64,000 bases of DNA from Octopus sinensis (taxonomy: Eukaryota), in contig NC_043024.1 in the NCBI RefSeq assembly GCF_006345805.1, forward strand, positions 5,580,001 through 5,644,000. Reading direction: 5' to 3'. The first letter of the stretch is position 1; every line of letters begins with the position of its first letter. A model generated the notes under the pieces. It searched no databases and was not told the origin of the DNA. It was given only the letters and a program-made list of their open reading frames with translations. Shown here one piece after another: positions 11,297 through 22,944 of this stretch. A program made the translations under genes and the position numbers.

Positions 11297-13277
11297 CGGT
11301 GGTAGCAGGGAAGTGTACCAGACTGCCAGAAGGGAAGCTAGGAGGCAGGTGTATTTAGCCAGAGGGGAAGCAGATAAGAAAAAATTTGCCAATGTTCTGC
11401 GCTGTGAGGATGAAAGACTTGAGGTATTTCGTGTTGCAAGACAGTGTGTGAGGGAGAATCGTGACGTGGTAGGAGAGAAATGTGTTCGCAAGGATGACGG
11501 TTCACTTGCACTAAAATAAGGATGCAAAGAGAGAGGTTTGGAGACGCCACTATGAAAGGTTGCTGAATGAGGAAAATGAATGGGATAAAGAGAGTCTGCC
11601 GAATGTCGACCCAACAGAGGGACCAGCAATCCGAGTTGACAGTTCCTTAGTAGTTAAGGCAATTACAAGCATGAAAACAGGGAAAGCCCCAGGCCCATCA
11701 GGAATTACTGCAGAGATGCTCAAAATATCTGGTAGTGTTGGCTATAGCCTATTGTTAACCAGGTGATACACGAAGGAGTCATTCCCAATGACTGGTGTAG
11801 CAGCATAATAGTCAACTGCTACAAAGGTAAAGGTGACGCCCTAGATACAAATAACTTCAGGGGTATCAAGCTGCTGGATCAGGTAATGAAGGTTACGGAG
11901 AAGGTTATAGCCCAACTAATTAGAGAGAGAGTTAGCTTAGATGAGATGCAGTTTGGTTTTGTGCCAGGGAAAAGTACTACTGATGTTATATTCCTGGTAA
12001 GGCACCTGCAGGAGAAATACCTAGCCAAAGATAAGCCCCTGTACCTGGCTTTTGTTGACATGGAGAAAGCCTTCGACAGGGTCCCCCGATCTCTTACCTG
12101 GTGGTCAATGAGGAAACTAGGGATAGATGAATGGTTAGTGAGAGCTGTGCGAGCCATGTACAGAGACGCTGCTAGTAAGGTGAGGGTTGGCAACAAGTAC
12201 AGTGAAGAATTCTGGGTAGAGTTTGGGGTCCACCAAGACTCAGTCCTCAGACTCCTCCTATTTATCATAGTCCTCCAGGCAATAACAGAGGAATTGAAGA
12301 CAGGATGCCCCTGGGAGCTCCTCTATGCTGATGACCTTGCTCTAATTGCTGAGTCACTATCAGAACTGGAGGAGAAGTTTCAGGTGTGGAAGCAAGGATT
12401 AGAATCGAAGGGCCTTAGAATCAACCTAGCCAAAACCAAAGTCCTAATAAGTAGGAAGGTAGACCAATCACAAACGCCTTCAGGTAGATGGCCCTGCTCG
12501 ATCTGTAAAAAAGGTGTAGGTAGAAACTCTATAAAGTGCACCAAGTGTAAGCTATGGACACATAAGAGGTGCAGCAATGTCAAAGGAAGGCTAACTAGGA
12601 AAATAGTTTTTGTCTGTGGCAGATGCTCAGGAGCAATAAACACTGAAAATGTGCAGAGACCAACTTCTACCACGTTCCAGGGAGAAAAACTAGAAGTAGT
12701 TGATAGCTTCCGCTACCTAGGTGACCAAGTCAGTCGCGGGGGTGGGTGTGCTGAAAGTGTAACTGCTAGAGAAAGAATAGCCTGGGCAAAGTTCAGAGAG
12801 CTCTTACCCCTGCTGGTGACAAAAGGCCTCTCGCTCAGAGTAAAAGGCAGACTGTATGATGCATGTGTACGAACAGCCATGCTACATGGTAGTGAAACAT
12901 GGGCTGTGACTGCTGAGGATAAGCGTAAGCTCGCAAGAAATGAAGCCAGTATGCTCCGATGGATGTGTAATGTCAGTGTTCATAATCGACAGAGTGTAAG
13001 TACCTTGAGAGAAAAGTTGGACCTAAGAAGCATCAGTTGTTGTGTGCAAGAGAGACGTTTGCGCTGGTATGGTCATGTGACGAGAATGGCTGAAGATAGT
13101 TGTGTGCAAAAGTGCCACACCCTAGCGGTTGAGGGAATCTGTGGAAGAGGTAGATCCAGGAAAACCTGCGACGAGGTGGTGAAGCACGACCTTCGAACTT
13201 TAGGCCTCACCAAGGAAATGACTAGAGACCGAGACCTATGGAAGTATGCTGTGCGTGAGAAGACCCGGCAAGACTAG
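11297..13277 (+). pseudogene. RTE ORF2 reverse transcriptase with an embedded Cys-rich (PHD-like) module, two frameshifts
   Basis: FVDMEKAFDRV, GVHQDSVL and LLYADDL motifs; CSICKKGVGRNSIKCTKCKLWTHKRC...CGRC. Frame breaks near 11515-11520 and 11750-11765. Confidence 0.9.
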
Positions 13278-13509
13278 TGAGACCATAACCCGTGGCCTCT
13301 AACTGGTATGTAGCCAGTCGACTTATACATACCTTTCCTTCTTGGGACACAAAACTCCACTTGTGAAGACCCGTTGAGGCAAGTGAAAATCAAAATCAAA
13401 ATCAAATTCAAACCAAATCAAATCAGATATCAGAAAGCAGAACCAAAATCGAAGTCGATCAACATCGATGGAAATTGCAGCTGTGATACCAGTGCCGGTG
13501 ACAAGTAAG

Positions 13510-13750
13510 CGAACCATCCGATCGTGGCCGTTGCCAGCGCCGCCCCGACTGGCACGTAAAAAGCACCATCCATTCGTGGTCGTTGCCAGCCTCGCCTGGC
13601 CCCCGTGCCGGTGGCACGTAAAAAGCACCATCCGATCCTGGCCGTTGCCAGCCTCGCCTGGCCCCCGTGCCGGTGGCACGTAAAAAGCACCATCCGTCCG
13701 TGGCCGTTTGCCAGCTCCGTCTGGCACCTGTGCGGGTGACACGTAAAAAG
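13510..13750 (+). repeat. ~50-63-bp tandem repeat within the RTE 3' UTR
   Basis: Four units of AAGCACCATCC...GCCGTTGCCAGC...GGCACGTAAA. Confidence 0.85.
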
Positions 13751-13950
13751 CACCCACTACACTCACGGAGTGGATTGCGTTAGGAAGGGCATATAGCCGT
13801 AGAAACACTGCCAGATCAGACTGGGCCTGATGCAGCCATTTGGCTTCACAGACCCCAGTTGAACCGTCCAACCCATGCTAGCATGGAAAGCGGACGCTAA
13901 GTGATGATGATGATGATGATATATACATATATATATATACATATATTATA

Positions 13951-13985
<35 letters not shown>

Positions 13986-13993
13986 ATATATAT

Positions 13994-14054
<61 letters not shown>

Positions 14055-14282
14055 ATAGAAATATTAAAATTACTAAGTCTCTCTAAAAGAGATCACGGCA
14101 GCGTTCCTGGAAAATAATAGTTATCGCCATACTAATATGGCATTCTTATAAAAATAAGAATAAAGCTGTCCGCTTATTAGCTCCATGAGGTCATCGCCTT
14201 AAGTTAGCTATTTGATACACAAACTGTATCCATATAACCTTCGAACAAGGGAGGTCAGTCGCTCCACACTACTTGATCGACA

Positions 14283-14324
14283 GCTACAGACGCGTTTCGG
14301 GGTATTGCCCCTTTTCAATGTAGC
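14283..14324 (-). ncRNA. Type I hammerhead ribozyme motif (variant U3-A8 core), sub-type A
   Basis: GCTACA-TTGAAAA-GGGG CAATA CCCC-GAAA-CGCG-TC-TGTAGC: stem I 6 bp, stem II 4 bp, palindromic ACGCGT stem III, GUC cleavage triplet. Confidence 0.8.
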
Positions 14325-14608
14325 GTAGTCAGACCAGTAGGTGTCGCTTCCGACAATCTCTGTTCGAAGGTTTTATTTACCTAGTTTCAGTGGAATACAT
14401 CCACTTGTTTTCAATAATAGAAATATTAAATTAAAATTACTAAGTCTCTCTAAAAGAGATCACGGCAGCGTTCCTGAAAATAATAGTTATCGCCATACTA
14501 ATATGGCATTCTTATAAAAATAAGAATAAAGTTGTCCGCTTATTAGCTCCATGAGGCCATCACCTTAAGTTAGCTATTTGATACACAAACTGTATCCATA
14601 TAACCTTC

Positions 14609-14650
14609 GCTACATTGAAAAGGGGCAATACCCCGAAACGCGTCTGTAGC
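14609..14650 (+). ncRNA. Type I hammerhead ribozyme motif, sub-type A (inverted segment)
   Basis: Identical 42-nt motif on the plus strand, starting at the inversion junction. Confidence 0.75.
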
Positions 14651-15214
14651 TGTCGATCAAGTAGTGTGGAGCGACTGACCTCCCTTGTTCGAAGGTTATA
14701 TGGATACAGTTTGTGTATCAAATAGCTAACTTAAGGCGATGGCCTCATGGAGCTAATAAGCGGACAGCTTTATTCTTATTTTTATAAGAATGCCATATTA
14801 GTATGGCGATAACTATTATATATATAGAAATATTAAAATTACTAAGTCTCTCTAAAAGAGAACAACGGCAGCGTTCCCGGAAAATATTAGTTATCGCCGG
14901 CCAAGTAGTGTGGAGCGACTGACCTCCCTTGTTCAAAGGTTATATGGATACAGTTTGTGTATCAAATAGCTAACTTAAGGCGATGGCCTCATGGAGCTAA
15001 TAAGCGGTCAGCTTTTTTCTTATTTTTATAAGAATGCCATATTAGTATGGCGATAACTAATATTTTCCGGGAACGCTGCCGTTGTTCTCTTTTAGAGAGA
15101 CTTAGTAATTTTAATATTTCTATTATGAAAACAAGTGGATGTATTCCACCGAAGCTAGGTAAATAAAACCTTTGAACAGAGATTGTCGGAAGCGACACCT
15201 ACTGGTTTGGCTAC

Positions 15215-15256
15215 GCTGCATTGAAAAGGGGCAATACCCCGAAACGCGTCTGTAGC
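15215..15256 (+). ncRNA. Type I hammerhead ribozyme motif, sub-type B
   Basis: GCTGCA-TTGAAAA-GGGG CAATA CCCC-GAAACGCGTC-TGTAGC; predicted cleavage after C15250. Confidence 0.8.
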
Positions 15257-15577
15257 TGCCGGCCAAGTAGTGTGGAGCGACTGACCTCCCTTGTTCAAAG
15301 GTTATATGGATACAGTTTGTGTATCAAATAGCTAACTTAAGGCGATGGCCTCATGGAGCTAATAAGCGGTCAGCTTTTTTCTTATTTTTATAAGAATGCC
15401 ATATTAGTATGGCGATAACTAATATTTTCCGGGAACGCTGCCGTTGTTCTCTTTTAGAGAGACTTAGTAATTTTAATATTTCTATTATTGAAAACAAGTG
15501 GATGTATTCCACCGAAGCTAGGTAAATAAAACCTTTGAACAGAGATTGTCGGAAGCGACACCTACTGGTTTGGCTAC

Positions 15578-15619
15578 GCTGCATTGAAAAGGGGCAATAC
15601 CCCGAAACGCGTCTGTAGC
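15578..15619 (+). ncRNA. Type I hammerhead ribozyme motif, sub-type B
   Basis: Same motif; predicted cleavage after C15613, 363 nt from the previous site. Confidence 0.8.
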
Positions 15620-15778
15620 TGCCGCCAAGTAGTGTGGAGCGACTGACCTCCCTTGTTCAAAGGTTATATGGATACAGTTTGTGTATCAAATAGCTAACTT
15701 AGGCGATGGCCTCATGGAGCTAATAAGCGGTCAGCTTTTTTCTTATTTTTATAAGAATGCCATTTAGTATGGCGATAA

Positions 15779-15857
<79 letters not shown>

Positions 15858-16008
15858 TAATTACAGAGGTTTAAATTTTGATTAGTTTTACCCATTCAGA
15901 AAACGGGATTTGGAAGCTGTCCTTTTGTGCGTGACACCACATTAAGTGAACTGAAAACAAACGAAATATTTACGGGATTCTTCTTTACGTACGCCATATG
16001 AACACTCG

Positions 16009-16680
16009 TATTAAGTTGTCCAGAAAGGTCTGAGTGTTTTTTTGAAGCTAAATTTTTCAATGCTTCATTGAATACACCAGAAACGTAACAGAGTTAAAAC
16101 TTTGGCGTTGCTCGAAGTGGTAGTGCATCTCGTCTTTGTTCCTCACCAAAAATCCGTTTATCTTTCGTTCTGGTTACCCTTTAATGATATTTGAAATGGA
16201 TAACCAAACATTTTATATTCACGTTATAATGCTTTTCTTAATAAAAAAAAAGGGGGAAAATGCTGCAATCACTTTCAAAAACATTTGTAAAGTTTATGAT
16301 GATGCTGCAGGTGAATCAACTGTTTGAAGCTGGTTTGCGAAATTTAAAACTGGAGAGTTTAGCTTGGAAGACAACAGTCGCAGTGGAAGATCTTCAAAAT
16401 TGGATGTGGATGTTTTGAAGGCAAAAATCGAAGAAAACTCCAATATCAAGACTAGAGAACTTGCAGAGGAGTTGAAAGTTCTTCAAAGTATGGCTGATGA
16501 ACACCTTATGAAGCTAGGATACATTTCTTGCTATAATGTAATGGGTCCCTCACAAACTCTCAGAAAAGGATTGCTTGGAGCAGTATTCTGTTTGTGATGT
16601 GTTTTTGAAATGGAATGAAAGCCTGCCTTTTTTTAAACGACTTGTGACTGGAGATGAAAAGTTATCCATTGAAAAGTGAA
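16009..16680 (+). mobile_element. Decayed mariner transposon
   Basis: KGENAA...ICKVY...WFAKFKTGEFSLEDNSRSGR...IEENSNIKTRELAEEL and FKRLVTGDEK, with stops and frameshifts. Confidence 0.85.
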
Positions 16681-17419
16681 AGAATTTGGGAAACGATGAT
16701 TACTTAATGCATTTTATATATAAATTTATATACTTTATACACACTTTTATAGACTTAATACACAGCAATCATAAAATATTCACTCTTATTTTTCATTTCT
16801 CCTATAAAGAGAAAAAAATTTACATGGTCACAATTTTTTTATCTAAAAAACAAAAATTGTATAGTAAATACATTATTCTCTATGTAAAATATAGGGGTCA
16901 CAATTTCATGTGGGTAAAAGTTTAACGCAACATGGCATACACTGAAAACCACATCATTGGTAACTTATAAGCCAAGGCAACGAGTCACATTTTAATTTGT
17001 AGGAAATATAAAAATCTTGTTTAATTAAAATAATTACTTTGCCCTATGCACCCACCAGCACCACCATCTCTCTCTCTTTAATCTTGTGATCAGAACATCA
17101 CCCATCTGCTACAATCATATTCCTAACTCTCTTCTATACAACTAGCTTTAATTAACTTTTTAAACCATGTAATAAACATTACATTCCTCCTATCACACAT
17201 CCTGCACACTTCTCTATTTGCCTTATCCTCTTCCCTCTCTTTCTTTTCCTCTAATTAAATGAAAGTATTACCTACAGTCTAAGTAACGTAACGACAAGCA
17301 GAATTATTATAAGATCACCTTTCTCTACTTCTCCCTCGCTTTTCTTCATTCTTCCCTACTTTCCTCTATTACTCTACTTCTCTAACTAACAAAAGCATAA
17401 CAGCTGAACAAACAAGCTG

Positions 17420-18279
17420 TTTATTATATATAGATGTATATTATTTCCGTGTGAGGTTTGGACAATATTTTTTGCAGAGTAATTACATCACGCATATGGA
17501 GAGTGGAGAAAAAGTTTGATATTATTTATTCAGCATTACATGTGTTTCATTTCCTAATAGGAATTACAAACTTTTACACGTCGAGAAAATATTGAAATAT
17601 TCTCCTATAACAAATTTTTCAAACATACACACAAATGCGTGTGTTTGTGTGTGTACCCTTGTCCAAATATTATGTGATGCTTGTAAAAGACCATTATACA
17701 AATGCAGTTGTTCATTTCCAGTCTCCTTTGTAAAATATTTCCTTGCTTGGAATCAGGTGAAGATTGGTGACAGGAAAGGCATCCAGCTGAAGAAAATCTC
17801 CATCAATGAATTCCATCTGATGGACAGAAGCATGGAAAAGTGAATGTTAAATGATGATGACTATCAGCATTGTAGTGATATGGTTCCTCTTCTGTATGAA
17901 TGCAGTTATGTTTTCATAATTGATCATTTTCATAGATTGATTCAACACAAATATCAAGAGCATTGACAGAGGAGGGTGAATTAATTATACACAGTCATAG
18001 TAATATGAAAAATATTACATCTTTCATATTAATATGACTGCATAATTAATTCACCATTTTCAAAGAATGATTAAGCACTGATATCACAGTGATACGATTT
18101 CCCTTGTCTGTCATTATTCCTTTGATTCGTTAATGGATCGTTTCAAGTGAAAGATTTACTATAGATATCCCAGTAATATAGTTTCTATTTTCTGTGGATG
18201 TGTTTATGAGATACGAGCTTGTCCTTTTGAGATGTTGTAAACAAATATCAGTGTTACGGATCCACTTCATAAGGAATGC
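17420..18279 (-). other. 3' UTR/flank paralogous to 4530-5300, including fossil fingers and poly(A) signal
   Basis: Block-wise identity with 4530-5300, e.g. TTTGCAGAGTAATTACAT and CAGCATTACATGTGTTTCATT. Confidence 0.8.
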
Positions 18280-19800
<1,521 letters not shown>

Positions 19801-19917
19801 CTCGTATGGTACTCTTAATGCCAGGTGGTACATCATTACCTGATATGCCTGATTATATTTTTGCTGACCATGTACTAAATGTCCTTTTACATTTTTTTCT
19901 CTCACCTGTCCGAGATA

Positions 19918-20140
19918 TACTCTTACTCTTTTACTTGTTTCAGTCATGTGACTGTGGCCGTGCTGGAGCACCGCCTTTAGTCGAGCAAATCGACCCTGGG
20001 ACTTATTCTTTGTAAGCCCAGTACTTATTCTATCGGTCCCTTTTGCCGAACCACTAAGTAAACACACCAGCATCAGTTGTCAAGCAATGCTATGAGGACA
20101 AAACACCGACACACAAACACACACACACACACAACACACA

Positions 20141-20213
<73 letters not shown>

Positions 20214-20389
20214 ATATATATATACGACGGGCTTCTTTCAGTTTCCGTCTACCAAATCCACTCACAAGGCTTTGGTCGGCCCGAGGCTATAGTAGAAGAC
20301 ACTTGGCCAAGGTGTCACGCAGTGGGACTGAACCCGGAACCATGTGGTTAGTAAACAAGCTACTTACCACACAGCCACTCCTATGCCTA
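19918..20389 (-). mobile_element. tRNA-derived SINE family B, near full length with internal microsatellite
   Basis: Minus-strand head GGAGTGGCTGTGTGGTAAG...GGTTCAGTCCC (A/B-box-like), a CCTTGGCCAAGTGTC domain, (TA)(TG) tract, and (GTAAAAGA)n-like tail. Confidence 0.85.
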
Positions 20390-20577
20390 CATTTATTTAT
20401 TTATTTTATTTTACTTTAAGCCTGATACTTATTCTATCCGTCCTTTTTTTGCTAAAACGCAAAGTTACGGGGATGTAAACAAACCAACATCGGTCATCGA
20501 AAGGTGGTGAGGAACAACACAATCTGAAAGACACACACACACACACATATAACATAATACTGTAGGCAGCTTTGATG

Positions 20578-21060
20578 CGGCGAGCTGACAGAATCGTTTG
20601 CACGCTGGACGAAATGCTTAGCGATATTTCGCCCGCCTGAGTTTAAATTCCACCAAAGGCGACTTTGCCTTTCATCCTTTCGGGGTCGATGAATTAAATG
20701 CCAGTTACGCACAAAATCCGTTTGTCTGTCCTTGTTTGTCCCCTTTGTATTTAGCCCCTTGTGGGTAGTAAAGAAATAGGTATTTCGTCTGTCTTTATGT
20801 TCTGATTTCAAATTTCGCCGAGGTCGACTTTGCCCTTTTTTATCCTTTCGGGGTCGATTAAATAAGTACCAGTTACGCACTGGGGTCGATATAATCGACT
20901 TAATCCGTTTGTCCCCTCTGTGTGTAGCCCCTTGTGGGCAGTAAAGAAATAGGTATTTCGCCCGTCTTTGCGTTCTGAGTTCAAATTCCGCCGAGGTCCT
21001 CTTTGCCTTTCACCTTTTCGGGATAGATAAATTAAGTACCAGTGAAACACGGGTCGATAT
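20578..21060 (+). mobile_element. SINE family A head-to-tail multimer (three bodies)
   Basis: Junctions AAAGAAATAGGTATTTCG at ~20770-20787 and ~20944-20960. Confidence 0.8.
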
Positions 21061-21799
21061 TTCATGTCTTGTGTCTTCAGTAGAAACGATAATTGTAAGG
21101 GGGGGGGGGGTTGTACTCACCTTGCACCATCACAAATGGTTCTCAACCATTTTTCTCCTGTTGACCCCTTTGATTCCTGTTTTACTCAGGTGGACCCTCG
21201 TAGTCAATCGACGTTTAAGAAATCCTATAATATTTTTCATAATTAAATGTTATTAAGAACCGTATAAAGAAATTGTTCAAATATCTTGTGTTGAAGTAGA
21301 ACTAATTTATTACACATAAATGTTATCGATTAAATCTTATACGGACCCCCCCCCCAGGGGCCACATGACCCCTGGTCGAGAACCACTGACTTCAACACCT
21401 GCCTCGTGTCACCTGAAAATCCTCCTAGTGGCACCTGAAAGTCTACATCGTTTCACTTGAAAACATGCCTCCTGTCACCTCCAGACCCATCTTGTGTTGC
21501 ATGAAAAGTTACTTTTTCTCAACCGAGGGGCCGCGGAGGGGATCAGCAAATTCAAAGGCTGCCCCAGGCAGCGCATACTCAAGCTATGCCATTAGCGGTG
21601 GGTTTCGATTTGAAGGATATTTTGGCTGCTATTTCTACCCGCTCCCGTATCCACATAAGCCGCTCCATTGTTGACTCGTGCTGCTGGAGGTTGAGTAAAC
21701 ATTTGAGGGTCGAGTAGGATGTTTGTAGATGGCGCTGTGACGTCAAAGGCTATCGTGGCCTCTACTGGTTTGACAGGACCAGAGGATGGCAGGGGCGGC

Positions 21800-22160
21800 T
21801 AAATCCGTTGTGGTGGCGGTGGTGGTGATGTTGGTTTTGGTGTTGGTGGTGATGATGGTGGTAGTGGTGATGGTGACAGTTGTGGGTGGTAGTCTTCGAG
21901 GTGATGATAACAGTGGTGGGGTGATGACAATGATAATGATGACGGTGGTGGTGGTAGTGATGGTAGTAATGGTGGTGGGGTTCGAGGTGATGATGACTGT
22001 GGTGGGGTGATGACGATGATAATGGTGTTGGTGATAATGACGACGGTGGTGATGGTGGTGGTGATGACGACTACGATAATGGTGGTATTTGTTGGTGGTG
22101 ATAATAACAGTGGTGGTGGGCATGGCGGTGGTAATGATGATGATGGTAGTGGTGGTCTTG
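21800..22160. repeat. Degenerate (GGT/GAT)n microsatellite
   Basis: Directly visible trinucleotide repeat. Confidence 0.9.
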
Positions 22161-22369
22161 GATGGTGAATAGCTGTCATTTACTAAATGACATAGATATA
22201 TCATAGTCAAACGGTTAGGAAGCACGCATCGCAACTACGAGGTATCGGGTTCGATCACACTGTGTGATCTCTTGGACATGAGTCTTGCAGGAGAGCCTTG
22301 ATTTAGTTCCATACGTTTTGAGTGAATTTGGGAAGACGGGAAATGAATAGAAGCCCTTGTATGCACACA

Positions 22370-22457
22370 TACACACAAAAACACGCACACACACACACAC
22401 ACACACTCACACACACACAAACACAAGCACACACACACACACTCACACACACACACT

Positions 22458-22488
<31 letters not shown>

Positions 22489-22679
22489 GCGCACACACAC
22501 ACTCACACACACACACACAAAAACACACATACACATACACACACAGTCTCACACACATACACACACACACTCACACAAGCACACACACTCTCACACACAC
22601 ACACACGCACTCACACTCACACTCACACAAACACACAAAAACACACACACACATACACAGTCTCACACACACACACGCA

Positions 22680-22719
<40 letters not shown>

Positions 22720-22760
22720 ACACACACATACACAGTCTCATACTCACACACACACCTTAC
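22370..22760. repeat. Compound (CA)n microsatellite
   Basis: Directly visible. Confidence 0.9.
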
Positions 22761-22944
22761 ATATGTTCTAAATACATACAGCGGATACGTAACAACTCTC
22801 TCTGTATCTTTATGTGTGTGTGTGTGTGTGTATTAAAAGTTATGTCTGGTCATAAAGTGATTAATGGTTTCGCATCCGCAGAGGCCTTAGACTCACTGTC
22901 GTTTCGTCAGATTCTAAAGCCGAAGATAAATGTAATTCTTTACC

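Larger units (their letters stand above)
11297..13920 (+). mobile_element. 5'-truncated RTE-clade LINE with 3' UTR and (GAT)n tail
   Basis: RT-bearing ORF, 3' UTR 13278-13900, tail GTGATGATGATGATGATGAT. No APE domain at the 5' end. Confidence 0.95.
14053..15781. mobile_element. Retrozyme/Penelope pLTR-like tandem and inverted array of a ~362-363-bp hammerhead-bearing monomer
   Basis: Repeat units start at 14053 and 14415; HHR spacing 15215 to 15578 is 363 nt. Two sequence sub-types, each with an internal inversion, flanked by (TA)n. Confidence 0.85.

Noticed and set aside
13510-13750. CRISPR-like appearance of short repeats (also the 84-bp ZNF period)
   Set aside because: No unique spacers and no cas genes; explained by the RTE 3' UTR and finger codons in a eukaryotic context.
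14745-15584. Repeated small ORFs (IIEILKLLSLSK...RLLAP)
   Set aside because: Antisense to the ribozyme strand, start codons vary between copies, no recognisable domain.
21725-21745. AGATGGCGCTGTGACGTCA (YY1/CRE-like promoter motif)
   Set aside because: Short motif with no associated gene or other support.
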